Of a DNA stretch of 32,000 nt, positions 17,180 to 27,160 are shown piece by piece. Origin of the DNA: Haloferax volcanii DS2 (lineage in GTDB: Archaea > Halobacteriota > Halobacteria > Halobacteriales > Haloferacaceae); contig NC_013967.1 of NCBI RefSeq assembly GCF_000025685.1, positions 1,350,001 through 1,382,000 on the forward strand, written 5' to 3'. Every line of letters begins with the position of its first letter. The first letter of the stretch is position 1. The translations under genes were made by a program, and so were the position numbers. The notes below the pieces were generated by a model. The model made no database searches, was not told the origin of the DNA, and saw only the letters and a program-made list of their open reading frames with translations.

Positions 17180-18307
17180 TCAGTCGTCGGAGCTCTGGGC
17201 CGCCATCTTGGCGTCGAAGTTCGGCTTGATGGCCGTCGCGATGACGGCGGTCACGATGGAGCCCAGCAGGATGCACGCGATGAACATGAACGGCTGGTTC
17301 GACAGCGGAACCACGAAGATGCCGCCGTGCGGAGCCGGCATGTTCACGCCGAGCGCCATCGAGGCCGCGCCGGCGACGGCGCTGCCCGCGACGACGCTGG
17401 GAATGACGCGGGCCGGGTCGGCGGCCGCGTACGGAATCGCGCCCTCGGTAATGAACGAGAAGCCGAGGAGCACGCCGCTCTTGGCGTTCTCGTACATCTC
17501 GGCCGCGTACTTCTGCGGCGCGATGAAGTTCGACAGCGCGAGACCGATGGGCGGGACCATCCCCGCAATCATGACCGCGGCCATCGGTGCAGTAACGCCC
17601 TCGGAGATGAGGCCGACGGAGAACACGTAGGCGACCTTGTTGATAGGGCCGCCCATGTCGGCCGCCATCATCGCCCCGAGGATGCCCCCGAGGAGAATCG
17701 CCTGTCCGCCGCCCTGCATGTTGCTCAGGAACTCGGTGAGTCCCGCGTTCGCGATGGAAATCGGGACGCCCAGCACGAACAGCATGACGGGCGTGAGCAC
17801 CGCGGTCGTCGCGACCGGGATGAGGAGCACGGGCATCATCGGTGCGATGAACTCGGGCACGTCGCGCTGCTTGAACCAGCGCGCGACGATGCCGGCGAGG
17901 AACCCGGCGACGATAGCGCCGAGGTAGCCCGCGCCGGCGGAGCCGCCCTGGAGACCGATGACGTCACCGGCCGCCTGCAGGACGTTACCCTGCTGGATGA
18001 TGTACGACAGGATGAAGCCCGGTGCGAGGCCCGGACGGTCGGCGATAGCGTACGCGATGTACGCGCCGAGCACCGGAACCATAAGCGTCAGCCCAGCGAC
18101 GCCGATCTGCGCGAGGAACCAGCCGGCGGTCCCCGTGCTGTTGAACACGTCTTGTACGTTGTTCGAAAGCGAGGCTACCGCGTAGCCCAGCGCAAGGAAG
18201 ATTCCGCCGATGGTCACGAACGGAATCATGAACGATACCCCGGTCATCAGGTCCTCCTTCACCGAAGTGAGGTAGGACCGAACTGCGTCTTCTGCGTCGT
18301 TTGCCAT
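17180..18307 (-). CDS. ptfC: PTS fructose-specific EIIC permease
   Basis: Polytopic membrane protein with a fructose EIIC-like sequence (..GGPINKVAY..ITEGAIPYA..). I prefer the ATG at 18307 (MANDAEDAV...) over the basic 11-codon extension from 18340. Confidence 0.9.
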   Translation of the reverse strand: MANDAEDAVRSYLTSVKEDLMTGVSFMIPFVTIGGIFLALGYAVASLSNNVQDVFNSTGTAGWFLAQIGVAGLTLMVPVLGAYIAYAIADRPGLAPGFILSYIIQQGNVLQAAGDVIGLQGGSAGAGYLGAIVAGFLAGIVARWFKQRDVPEFIAPMMPVLLIPVATTAVLTPVMLFVLGVPISIANAGLTEFLSNMQGGGQAILLGGILGAMMAADMGGPINKVAYVFSVGLISEGVTAPMAAVMIAGMVPPIGLALSNFIAPQKYAAEMYENAKSGVLLGFSFITEGAIPYAAADPARVIPSVVAGSAVAGAASMALGVNMPAPHGGIFVVPLSNQPFMFIACILLGSIVTAVIATAIKPNFDAKMAAQSSDD

Positions 18308-18364
18308 AGTGTTGCCACCCCTACGAAAGAACGTACGCAAATGTGCTCAAAAACCCTTTCGAAT

Positions 18365-18405
18365 ATGAACGTTACTGCGTGTTTCGGTCGTTAACAAACG
18401 TTCAT
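18365..18405. promoter_or_regulatory. Perfect 9-bp inverted repeat ATGAACGTT-N23-AACGTTCAT in the pfkB/ptfC spacer
   Basis: Arms at 18365-18373 and 18397-18405. On the minus strand a CGAAAGGG-TTTTTGAG BRE/TATA-like element follows 12 nt later, about 38 nt upstream of the ptfC ATG. Confidence 0.4.
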
Positions 18406-18412
18406 CCGAGAG

Positions 18413-19330
18413 TCACCGGGTCCGAACGGTCGTCACCTCGACGTGCGTTTCGTTCGTCAGCACGTCTTCGAGGTCCGGGACGCGGGTCCCGGCGACGCCG
18501 ACGACGCGGGACGCGGTCAGCACGCCCATTCGGAGCGCGTCGGCGTCCGAGAGGCCGTGTTCGCGCGCGGCGAGGAAGCCGGACATGACGGCGTCGCCCG
18601 CGCCGACCGTGTCCACGACCTCCACGTCGAGCGCGGGCGCGGAGAGCACCTCGTCGTCGGTGACGAGGAGCGCGCCGTCCGCGCCGAGCGACGCCAACAC
18701 GTACTCGAATCCGCGCGCGTGAAGCTCCTCGGCGGCCTCGACGGCGTCGGCTTCGGTCTCGACGGTCCGGCCCGTCGCCGCCGCGAGCTCAGAGCGATTG
18801 GGTTTGCAGACGTAGTAGTCGGCGTCCAGTTCCGCGAGGTACTCGCCGCCCATGTCCACCGCGATTTTCCAGTCGCCCGCGCGGGCGAGCCTGTCCACGT
18901 CGGAAAGCGACATCCCCGGCGGGAGACTGCCGCCGACGAGCAGCGTGTCGGGCTCGTTCGCCTGCGCGGTCTCGACGAGTTCGTCCACGTCGGCTGCACG
19001 AATCTGCGGGCCGTTGTGATTGAGTTTGTACTCGCCGTCGGCCGCGAGCACAGTCGTGTTCAGCCGCGTGTCCGCGTCGACGGTGACGAAGTCCGAGGCG
19101 ATGCCGTCGGCGTCGAGTCGGTCGCGGACGAACTTCCCGAAGTGGCCGCCGAGAAAGCCCGAGGCGGTCACGTCGGCGTCGAGCGCCGAGGCGTACTTGG
19201 CGACGTTGATACCCTTGCCGCCGGCGGTGAACACCGCGTCGTCGGTCCGGTGGACGACGCCGGTCTGAAGCGGTTCGTCGAAGTGAATCGTGTGGTCGAC
19301 TGCTGGGTTCGGGGTAACTGTGAGAATCAT
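18413..19330 (-). CDS. pfkB: 1-phosphofructokinase (PfkB/ribokinase family)
   Basis: MILTVTPNPAVDHT...GGKGINVA...DTVGAGDA. The start overlaps the glpR stop (ATGA). Confidence 0.9.
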   Translation of the reverse strand: MILTVTPNPAVDHTIHFDEPLQTGVVHRTDDAVFTAGGKGINVAKYASALDADVTASGFLGGHFGKFVRDRLDADGIASDFVTVDADTRLNTTVLAADGEYKLNHNGPQIRAADVDELVETAQANEPDTLLVGGSLPPGMSLSDVDRLARAGDWKIAVDMGGEYLAELDADYYVCKPNRSELAAATGRTVETEADAVEAAEELHARGFEYVLASLGADGALLVTDDEVLSAPALDVEVVDTVGAGDAVMSGFLAAREHGLSDADALRMGVLTASRVVGVAGTRVPDLEDVLTNETHVEVTTVRTR

Positions 19331-20094
19331 CGTGCGACTCCGTCGACGACGGTGACGCCCGCGCTCTCTATCTCCTCGCGCGAGTCGGCGTCGAGCGTCC
19401 CGTCGGTGATAAACAGGTCAATCTCTTCGAGCGATGCGAACTGGACGAAGCTCCGTCGACCGAGCTTCGAGAGGTCCGCGACGAGGACGACCTTCGCGGC
19501 CTTCTCGACCATCAGCTCTTTCATCCGCGCCTCGTCCTCGTTCGGAGTCGTGAGGCCGGATTCCACGTCTAAGGCGTTCGTGCCGAGGAACAGCAGGTCG
19601 AAGTTCGTCCGCTCCATGAACGACTCCGCGGTCGGTCCCACGAGCGCCTTCGTCCGCCGGCGGAGCGTCCCGCCCGTGAGTTTGACCTCGTTGTCCTCCT
19701 CGTTCAGTTCGATGGCGAGCCGCGGCGAGTTGGTGACGCCGAGTATCGTCCCGTCCTTGGGGACCTTGCGGGCCACCTCCATCGTGGTCGTCCCGGCGTC
19801 GAAGAACACGACCTGCCCCTCGGCCAGTTCCTCGACCGCGCGGTCCGCGATTGCGCGTTTCCCTTCGAGATTCTGTACTTCCTTCTGGCCGTAGGTCTGC
19901 TCGCGCCCGACGGAGGTCACGGGGACGGCCCCGCCGTGCGACCGCTCGATGAGCCCACGGTCTTCGAGTTCGCGCAGGTCACGACGTATCGTCGCCTTCG
20001 AGTAGCCGAGATGGTCTGACAGCGACTCGACCGACCGACCGTCCGAGTCGGAGACGAGTTCGACGATACGGCGTTTGCGCTCTGCTGGTAACAT
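19327..20094 (-). CDS. glpR: DeoR/GlpR-family transcriptional repressor
   Basis: N-terminal wHTH (RKRRIVELVSDSDGRSVESLSDHLGYSKATIRRDLRELE) plus a DeoR C-terminal sugar-phosphate sensor domain. Confidence 0.9.
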   Translation of the reverse strand: MLPAERKRRIVELVSDSDGRSVESLSDHLGYSKATIRRDLRELEDRGLIERSHGGAVPVTSVGREQTYGQKEVQNLEGKRAIADRAVEELAEGQVVFFDAGTTTMEVARKVPKDGTILGVTNSPRLAIELNEEDNEVKLTGGTLRRRTKALVGPTAESFMERTNFDLLFLGTNALDVESGLTTPNEDEARMKELMVEKAAKVVLVADLSKLGRRSFVQFASLEEIDLFITDGTLDADSREEIESAGVTVVDGVAR

Positions 20095-20103
20095 CGGTGG
20101 CGA

Positions 20104-20120
20104 TTCCTCGTTACGAGGAA
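20104..20120. promoter_or_regulatory. Perfect palindrome TTCCTCG-TTA-CGAGGAA between the TATA-like element and the glpR start; candidate operator
   Basis: The 7-bp arms are exact. The site ends 9 nt upstream of the glpR ATG (20094) and lies downstream of ATAAACAATTAACA on the minus strand. Confidence 0.5.
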
Positions 20121-20233
20121 GGTAGGTCGGGGAGTAGTGTTAATTGTTTATGTTGGATTCCGACCGTATCTGCTCGAAACAGCCGAATCCCACACAGGAA
20201 CGAAAACGGGGTGTTCGTCGATGAGAAAACGAT

Positions 20234-20267
20234 CAGAAACGAAAACGGGCGCGTTCGAAACGAACGC
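20234..20267 (-). terminator. Candidate terminator of the ilv-leu operon (hairpin + T-runs)
   Basis: The minus strand reads GCGUUCG-UUU-CGAACGC (7-bp stem, 20267-20251), followed by GCCCGUUUUCGUUUCUG. It lies 31 nt after the leuB stop. Confidence 0.45.
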
Positions 20268-20297
20268 CGAATCGCCGGTTCGGCGGGTCGCCGGCGC

Positions 20298-21272
20298 TCA
20301 GAGTCGGTCGAGAATCGCGGCGGTCACGTCCTCCGTGGAGGCGTCGCCGCCGAGGTCGGGCGTGCGCGGCCCGTCGGCGAGGACGCCTTCGACGGCCGAC
20401 CGGACGCGGTCGGCTTCGGCCTCGTGGTCGAGGTAGTCGAGCAGCATCGCCGCGGACAGAATCGTCGCGGCCGGGTTGGCGATGCCCTCGCCGGCGATGT
20501 CGGGCGCGGAGCCGTGGACCGGTTCGAACAGCGCGGCGTCCGGGCCGATGTTCGCCGAGGGGAGCAGTCCGAGGCCGCCGACGAGGCCGGCGGCGAGGTC
20601 CGACAGCACGTCGCCCGCGAGGTTCGGACAGACGATGGTGTCGAACTGCGTGGGGTCGAGACAGACGCGCGTCGCGAAGGCGTCCATCAGGACCTCCTCG
20701 GTCTCGACGCCGCGCTCGTCGGCGACGGCGACGGCGGCGTCGCGGAAGCGACCGTCCGTCTCGCGCATCACGTTCGCCTTGTGGGCGACCTGGAAGCTGC
20801 CGCCCTCGCCGCCGACGTAGTCGCAGGCGTACTCGGCGAGTCGCTCGGACGCCGAGGTGGTGACGACGCGCGTGAGCGTCGAGAGGTCCTCGGAGAGGCG
20901 GTCCTCGTGGCCCGAGTAGACGCCTTCGGTGTTCTCCCGGAGGAAGACGAGGTCCGTCTCCGGGCGGAGCGCGTCGACGCCGGGGTAGGCCTTCGCCGGG
21001 CGGACGTTGACGAAGGAGTCCACCGCGGTCCGAAGCGGCAGGATGACGTCCGCCGCGGTCTCGCCGGCCGCGCCGAACAGCGTCGCGTCGGCCTCGGCGG
21101 CGAGGTCGTACGTCTCCTGCGGGAGCGCCTCGCCGGTCTCTTCTTTGACGTGGTCGCCGGCGTCGGCCTCGACGAACTCGAAGTCGCCGACGGCCTTCAG
21201 CACGTCAACCGCCGCCGGGATGACCTCCGCGCCGATGCCGTCGCCGGGGATGACGACGATTTCCTCAGTCAT
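20298..21272 (-). CDS. leuB: 3-isopropylmalate dehydrogenase
   Basis: Isocitrate/isopropylmalate dehydrogenase family (..[12 protein letters not shown].., ..[27 protein letters not shown]..). It lies in operon context with leuCD. Confidence 0.9.
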
Positions 21273-21873
21273 CGACGTAGGGCAGGGCGGCGGCTTTCTC
21301 GGCGACCGCGTCGGCGTTCGACTTCATGAGCGCCGTCGTGTCCCAGACGCCCTCGGTGAGCGCCTTCCGTTGTGCGTCGTCGACGGTCACGTCCACGGTG
21401 GTGTCGCCGTAGGTGACCGTCTCGTTTTCCACGTCCACGTCGATGTCGCCGTCCGGGTGCTCGTCGACCCAGTCCTGGAGTTCGGTGACCGTCTCGTGGT
21501 CCGCGGTGACCGTCGGGATGCCGAGCGCGAGGCAGTTGCCCGCGAAAATCTCCGCGAACGACTCGCCGACGATGGCGTCGATGCCCCAGCGCATGAGCGC
21601 CTGCGGGGCGTGCTCCCGAGAGGAGCCACAGCCGAAGTTGGCGTTGACGACCATGATGGACGCGTCCTGGAACTGCGGCTCGTTCAGCGGGTGGTCCTTG
21701 GGTTCGTCGTTCTCGTCGTAGCGCTGGTCGAAGAACGCGAACTCGCCGAGGCCGTCGAACGTGACGACCTTCATGAACCGCGCCGGGATTATCTGGTCCG
21801 TGTCGATGTCGTTGCCGCGGATGGGCACGCCGGTGCCGGACGCGGAGTCGATTTCGGGGATTTCGTCGGTCAT
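21265..21873 (-). CDS. leuD: 3-isopropylmalate dehydratase small subunit
   Basis: Aconitase swivel-domain sequence (..[15 protein letters not shown]..). It overlaps leuB by 8 nt and leuC by 4 nt. Confidence 0.9.
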
Positions 21874-23291
21874 ACCGTGGTCACCTCCTTCAGTTCGCGT
21901 ACGTCAGTCACTTCCCCGGTGACGGCCGCCGCGGCGACCATGCGCGGGTTCATCAGGACGGTGCGGCCGTCTTTCGACCCCTGCCGGCCGATGAAGTTGC
22001 GGTTCGACGAGGACGCGGAGGCCTCGTCGCCCTCCAGTTGGTCCTCGTTCATGCCGAGACACATCGAACAGCCCGCCTCGCGCCACTCGAAGCCGGCTTC
22101 TTTGAACACCTCGTCGAGGCCCTCCGCTTCGGCGGCGGCCTTGACGCGCTGACTGCCGGGGACGACCATCGCGCGGACGCTGTCCGCGACCTGTCGACCC
22201 TTCACGACCCCCGCCGCGCGGCGGAGGTCGGGCAGGCGAGCGTTCGTACACGAGCCGAGGAAAGCCACGTCGATTTCGTAGCCCTCCATCGTCTCGCCGG
22301 GCGTGACGCCCATGTGTTCCTGCGCCATCCGGGCGGTTTCCTGCTTCTCCTCGGGCAGGTCTTCGGGGGCCGGAATCGGCTGGGTGATGCCGACGCCCTG
22401 TCCGGGCGTGGTCCCCCACGTCACGACGGGTTCGAGTTCGGAGCCGTCGATGGTGACGACGTCGTCGTACTCGGCGTCCTCGTCGGAGCGGATGGATTCC
22501 CAGTACGGCTTGAGTTCGTCGAACCGCTCGGGGTTCTCCTGGAAGTACTCGGTCTCTTTCAGCCACTCGTAGGTGGTCTCGTCGGGGTTGACGTAGCCCG
22601 CGCGAGCGCCGCCCTCGATGGACATGTTACAGATGCTCATCCGGCCCTCCATGTCGAGATCCTCGATGGCCTCGCCGGCGTACTCGTAGACGTAGCCGAC
22701 GCCGCCTTCGGTGCCGAGGCGACGGATGATTTCGAGGATGACGTCCTTCGCTTCGACGCCGGGGCCGAGTTCGCCCGTGACCTCGATTTTCCGCACCTTC
22801 TTCTTCTCCATCGCGACGGTCTGGGTCGCCAGCACGTCGCGAATCTGGCTCGTCCCGATACCGAACGCGAGCGCGCCGAACGCGCCGTGGGTCGAGGTGT
22901 GGCTGTCGCCGCAGACGATGGTCATGCCGGGCTGGGTGAGTCCCTTCTCGGGCCCGATGACGTGGACGATTCCCTGCTCGCCCGACGTGGGGTCCGAGAA
23001 GTTGATGCCCGCTTCGCGGACGTTCTGCTCCAGTTCGGCCATCATCTCCTCGGCGGCGTCGTCGCGGAACGGCCGCGACTGGTCCGACGTGGGGACGATG
23101 TGGTCGACCGTCGCGTGCGTCCGGTTCGGGTAGGCGACTTCGAGGTCGCGCTCCTGCAACATGCCGAACGCCTGCGGGCTCGTCACCTCGTGGATGAGGT
23201 GGAGGCCACAGAACAGCTGCGTCTGGCCGGTCGGCAGCTCCGAAACCGTGTGTTCCTCCCAGACCTTGTCGTACAGCGTTCCCTCACTCAT
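21870..23291 (-). CDS. leuC: 3-isopropylmalate dehydratase large subunit
   Basis: Aconitase family (..[23 protein letters not shown].., ..GSCTNAR.., ..CSMCLGMN..). I prefer the ATG at 23291 ([14 protein letters not shown]) over the 29-codon basic extension on the track. Confidence 0.9.
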   Translation of the reverse strand: MSEGTLYDKVWEEHTVSELPTGQTQLFCGLHLIHEVTSPQAFGMLQERDLEVAYPNRTHATVDHIVPTSDQSRPFRDDAAEEMMAELEQNVREAGINFSDPTSGEQGIVHVIGPEKGLTQPGMTIVCGDSHTSTHGAFGALAFGIGTSQIRDVLATQTVAMEKKKVRKIEVTGELGPGVEAKDVILEIIRRLGTEGGVGYVYEYAGEAIEDLDMEGRMSICNMSIEGGARAGYVNPDETTYEWLKETEYFQENPERFDELKPYWESIRSDEDAEYDDVVTIDGSELEPVVTWGTTPGQGVGITQPIPAPEDLPEEKQETARMAQEHMGVTPGETMEGYEIDVAFLGSCTNARLPDLRRAAGVVKGRQVADSVRAMVVPGSQRVKAAAEAEGLDEVFKEAGFEWREAGCSMCLGMNEDQLEGDEASASSSNRNFIGRQGSKDGRTVLMNPRMVAAAAVTGEVTDVRELKEVTTV

Positions 23292-23547
23292 GTCCGTCAC
23301 CCGGTACGACGCGGTCGTCGCGGCCGCGTTCCCAGACCTGGTTCGCGCCCTCGCCGTTGCGGGGCGTGTGGTCCACATCGCCCATCGTCTCGGTCTCGGT
23401 CGCGTCCGTCGACGCGGGCGTCGCGTCGCTCCGCCCGCCGTCGGTGACGGCCGGGCCGCGCTCGTAGACCGTGGTGAACGTCTCGCCCGTATAGGGGTTG
23501 GTGTGGCTGATGTCTCGCATTCGGTCGGTCGTGTCGTCGCGTGTCAT
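23284..23547 (-). CDS. Small acidic Thr/Asp-rich protein (87 aa) embedded in the ilv-leu operon
   Basis: [89 protein letters not shown]3 is very high. The start lies 11 nt after the ilvC stop, and the stop overlaps the leuC start by 8 nt (ATGAGTGA). Confidence 0.65.
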   Translation of the reverse strand: MTRDDTTDRMRDISHTNPYTGETFTTVYERGPAVTDGGRSDATPASTDATETETMGDVDHTPRNGEGANQVWERGRDDRVVPGDGHE

Positions 23548-23558
23548 TGGTGTCGTGT

Positions 23559-24605
23559 TCAGTCGTCCGCCGGCGCTTCGGCTTTCTCCGCGTCCGCCTC
23601 GTCTTCCTCGTCGGCCCACGCGAACAGATCGCGCAGCGGCGCGCCGACCTGTTCGATGTGGTGGTTCTCCTCTGCGTCCTTGAGCTGGGAGTACGACGGC
23701 CGGCCCGCCTGGTTCTCCAGAATCCACTCGCGGGCGAAGGTGCCGTCCTGGACCTCCTCCAGAATCTCCTCCATGTTCTCGCGGGCGTGCTCGTCGACGA
23801 CGCGGTCGCCGCGGGTCAGCCCGCCGAACTCGGCGGTGTCGGAGACGGAGTGCCACATCTCGCCGAGCCCGCCTTCGTACATCAGGTCGACGATGAGCTT
23901 CAGTTCGTTCAGGCACTCGAAGTAGGCCATCTCGGGGGAGTAGCCCGCGTCGACGAGCGTCTCGTAGCCCTGCTTGACGAGCGAGGTGACGCCGCCGCAG
24001 AGGACGGCCTGCTCGCCGAACAGGTCGGTCTCGGTCTCCTCCTGGAACGTCGTCTCGATGACGCCCGCTCGGGTGCAGCCGAGGCCGTGCGCGTAGGCCA
24101 GCGCCTCCTCCTTGGCGTCGCCCGTCACGTCCTGGTAGACCGCGATGAGACCCGGCGTCCCCTCGTTGGACTCGTAGTTGCGGCGGACGAGGTGGCCCGG
24201 CGACTTCGGCGCGACCATCGTCACGTCGACGTCTTCCGGGGGCCGGATCTGGTTGTAGTGGATGTTGAATCCGTGGGCGAACTGGAGCGTGTCGCCGGCG
24301 TCCAGCGAGTCTCGAATCTCCTCGAACACCGCCGGCTGGACGGTGTCGGGGACGAGCACGGAGACGATGTCGCCCTCGGCGGCCGCCGCGGCGGGCTCTT
24401 TGACGCGGAGGCCGTCGGCTTCCGCGGCGCTTCGGGACGAGGAGTTCGCGCGCAGGCCGACGACCACGTCGACCCCGCTGTCCGCGAGGTTCTGCGCGTG
24501 GGCGTGGCCCTGACTGCCGTAGCCGATGACGGCTACGGTCTTGTCGTCGATTTGCGAGCGGTCGGCGTCGTCGTCGTAGTACACTTCGGTGGTGAGTTCT
24601 GTCAT
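23559..24605 (-). CDS. ilvC: Ketol-acid reductoisomerase
   Basis: A class I KARI (..[17 protein letters not shown]..) with a short acidic C-terminal tail. Confidence 0.95.
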   Translation of the reverse strand: MTELTTEVYYDDDADRSQIDDKTVAVIGYGSQGHAHAQNLADSGVDVVVGLRANSSSRSAAEADGLRVKEPAAAAAEGDIVSVLVPDTVQPAVFEEIRDSLDAGDTLQFAHGFNIHYNQIRPPEDVDVTMVAPKSPGHLVRRNYESNEGTPGLIAVYQDVTGDAKEEALAYAHGLGCTRAGVIETTFQEETETDLFGEQAVLCGGVTSLVKQGYETLVDAGYSPEMAYFECLNELKLIVDLMYEGGLGEMWHSVSDTAEFGGLTRGDRVVDEHARENMEEILEEVQDGTFAREWILENQAGRPSYSQLKDAEENHHIEQVGAPLRDLFAWADEEDEADAEKAEAPADD

Positions 24606-25258
24606 TGCGTGTTGGTGTTGGGTTTGGTGGGTTCGCCGGAGGTTCCGGGTTCCTCTCCGGGGACGGTCTTCTTCGAGCCGTGGGCGAGCGCGGTCTGGCC
24701 GGTCCGGGCGATTTCGATGATGCCGAACCGTCGGAACGCGTCCACGGCGTCGTCTATCTTGCGCTCGTCGCCGGTGAGCTGGACCGTGATGGTCTCGGGA
24801 CCGGCGTCGAGGGTGCGGCCGTCGTACATCTCCGTGATGGCGTGGACCTTGTCGGGGTCCTCGCCGCGGACCTTCAGGAGGACGAGTTCCGCGCGGACGG
24901 CGTCGTCGTCCAGCTCGCCGACGGAGATGACGGGCTTGAGCTTCGCGAGCTGTTTTTCGATCTGGTCGATGCCCGGTTCGGGCTCCTCGACGACCATCGT
25001 GATGCGGGAGTGGTCCTCGACTGTCGTCGGGCCCACGGTGAGGCTCTCGATGTTGAACTGACGGCGGGCGGCGAGGCCGGCGACGCGCGAGAGCACGCCG
25101 GGTTCGTCCTCGACGATGGCCGAAAAGACCGCGCGCCGCGGTTCGTGTTCCGATTCCGCTTCGGGGTCGATGCGGATGCCCTGCGCGTTGCGGCGGCCGT
25201 CGGGGTGCGGCCGCTCGTCGGGCGCGGGGCCTTGCAGTCCTGTCCGATTGTCGCTCAT
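24602..25258 (-). CDS. ilvN: Acetolactate synthase small (regulatory, ACT-domain) subunit
   Basis: ..[34 protein letters not shown].. is an ACT domain. The ATG at 25258 overlaps the ilvB stop (ATGA). The 600-aa track ORF fuses ilvN with an ilvB shadow frame. Confidence 0.9.
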   Translation of the reverse strand: MSDNRTGLQGPAPDERPHPDGRRNAQGIRIDPEAESEHEPRRAVFSAIVEDEPGVLSRVAGLAARRQFNIESLTVGPTTVEDHSRITMVVEEPEPGIDQIEKQLAKLKPVISVGELDDDAVRAELVLLKVRGEDPDKVHAITEMYDGRTLDAGPETITVQLTGDERKIDDAVDAFRRFGIIEIARTGQTALAHGSKKTVPGEEPGTSGEPTKPNTNTQ

Positions 25259-27018
25259 AACTGGTCCTCCGAGAGTGCGAATTTGCCGTTCGCGCCGCCC
25301 GAGGAGACCATCGGATAGACGTTCTCCGCCGGGTCGACGTGGAAGTCGATGACCGAGGGGCCGTCGTACGCGAGCGCTTCCTCGATGACGTCGGGAACCT
25401 CCTCGTAGGAGTCGACGGTCCAGCCGCGCGCGCCGAACGCCTCGGCGAGCTTGTCGAACTGGGGACACCAGTCGTAGCCGGCGGCCATGCGTCGGCCCTC
25501 GAAGAAGGCGTCCTGCCACTGGCGGACCATCCCGATGTACTCGTTGTTCAGGATGGCGACCGTGATGTCGAGGTTCTCGCGGACGGCGACCGACAGCTCC
25601 TGAATCGTCATCAGGAACGAGGCGTCGCCGTCGACGCAGACGACCGTCTCGTCGTCGTCGGCCGCGACCCGCGCGCCGATTGCGGCGGGCAGGCCGTAGC
25701 CCATCGTGCCGAGGCCGTGGGACGAAACCCACCGCCGCGGCTCGGTGAACGTCCAGTACTGGGCGGCCCACATCTGGTGTTGGCCGACGCCGCTCGTGAC
25801 GATGGTCTCGTCTGGCGTGGCCTCGTCGAGCGCCTCGACGACGAACTGCGGCTTCAGCGGCTCGTTGTCCGGGGCCGCGTAGTCCATCGGGTAGTCGTCT
25901 TTCCACGCGAGACACTGGTCGACCCACTCGCGCGCGTCGGGACCCTCGTCGAGTTCGGCGTCGACGCGCTCGATGGCGCGGCCGGCGTCGCCGACGACCG
26001 GGTAGTCCGCGTGGACGTTCTTCGAGATTTCCGCCGGGTCGATGTCGATGTGGACGACTTCGGCCTCGGGCGCGAACGTGTCGATGCCGCCGGTCAGGCG
26101 GTCGTCGAACCGCGTGCCGACCGCGATGAGGCAGTCGGTGTGCGTGATGGCCATGTTGGCGTAGCCGGTGCCGTGCATTCCCGCCCATGAGAGGCAGAGC
26201 TCGTGGTCCTCCGGCATCGCGCCGATTCCGGGCATCGTGGTGACGACCGGAATCCGGTGCTCGGTCGCGAACTGCCGGGCCACCTCGGTCGCGTCGGCCT
26301 TGACGACGCCGCCGCCGAACAACAGGAGGGGCTTCTCCGCGCGCTCGATTGCGCGCGCGGCGGCCTCGACCTGCGAGTCGGCCGGGTCGGTGCGGGCGCG
26401 ACACGTCTCGGGGGGCTGTGCCGGCCCCGACTCGGTGTCGGTCTCGTTGAGCGAGACGTCCTTCGGGAGGTCGACGAGCGTCGGGCCGGGTCGGCCCTCG
26501 GCGGCGAGCGCGAACGCTTCGCCGACGGTGTCGCCGACGGTGTCGGGCGACGAGGCGAAGTAGTTGTGCTTCGTGATGGGCGCGGTGACGCCCGTGGTGT
26601 CGGTCTCCTGGAACGCGTCGGAGCCGACCATGTCGGACGGGACCTGTCCCGTGAGCGCGAGCACCGCGTCGGAGTCCATGTTCGCGTCGGCGATGCCGGT
26701 CACGAGGTTGGTCGCTCCCGGACCGGACGTGGCGAGACAGACGCCGGGGTCGCCGCGAACGACGCCGTACGCGTCGGCCGCGTGCGCCGCGCCCTGCTCG
26801 TGGGCCATCGTCACGTGACGGATGTCGGAGTGGTACAGCGCGTCGTAGATGGGCATTATCGCCCCGCCCTGCACGCCGAAGGCGGTCTCGACGCCGGCGT
26901 TTTCGAGGGCGCGGACGACGGCCGTCGAACCCGAGGTGACTTCGGTCGGCGTCTGGGCCGCGTCGTCGGCGGCGTCGGTCGCGTCGGGGTCGGTCGTGGC
27001 TGCGGTTCGTTCGCTCAT
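25255..27018 (-). CDS. ilvB: Acetolactate synthase large (catalytic, ThDP-dependent) subunit
   Basis: 587 aa with ThDP-enzyme N, central and C domains (..[13 protein letters not shown]...[12 protein letters not shown]..). Confidence 0.95.
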   Translation of the reverse strand: MSERTAATTDPDATDAADDAAQTPTEVTSGSTAVVRALENAGVETAFGVQGGAIMPIYDALYHSDIRHVTMAHEQGAAHAADAYGVVRGDPGVCLATSGPGATNLVTGIADANMDSDAVLALTGQVPSDMVGSDAFQETDTTGVTAPITKHNYFASSPDTVGDTVGEAFALAAEGRPGPTLVDLPKDVSLNETDTESGPAQPPETCRARTDPADSQVEAAARAIERAEKPLLLFGGGVVKADATEVARQFATEHRIPVVTTMPGIGAMPEDHELCLSWAGMHGTGYANMAITHTDCLIAVGTRFDDRLTGGIDTFAPEAEVVHIDIDPAEISKNVHADYPVVGDAGRAIERVDAELDEGPDAREWVDQCLAWKDDYPMDYAAPDNEPLKPQFVVEALDEATPDETIVTSGVGQHQMWAAQYWTFTEPRRWVSSHGLGTMGYGLPAAIGARVAADDDETVVCVDGDASFLMTIQELSVAVRENLDITVAILNNEYIGMVRQWQDAFFEGRRMAAGYDWCPQFDKLAEAFGARGWTVDSYEEVPDVIEEALAYDGPSVIDFHVDPAENVYPMVSSGGANGKFALSEDQL

Positions 27019-27160
27019 GTGTGGGCTCCGTGGTGTGTGGTCGGTCGTCGATACGGGCTGTCTGGTGACTGCGTGTGGTGCTGGTGCGCCATTGTAGGGA
27101 CTGCGGACGTGTCTGAAAACGGTGCGAATACGCGGGACGGAGAGATGGTGTGGTAGGGGG

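Noticed and set aside
24602-26404. A 600-aa ORF that appears to be a giant ilvN.
   Set aside because: Only the last 218 codons (from the ATG at 25258) look like an ACT-domain small subunit. The upstream part is an Arg-rich shadow frame of ilvB.
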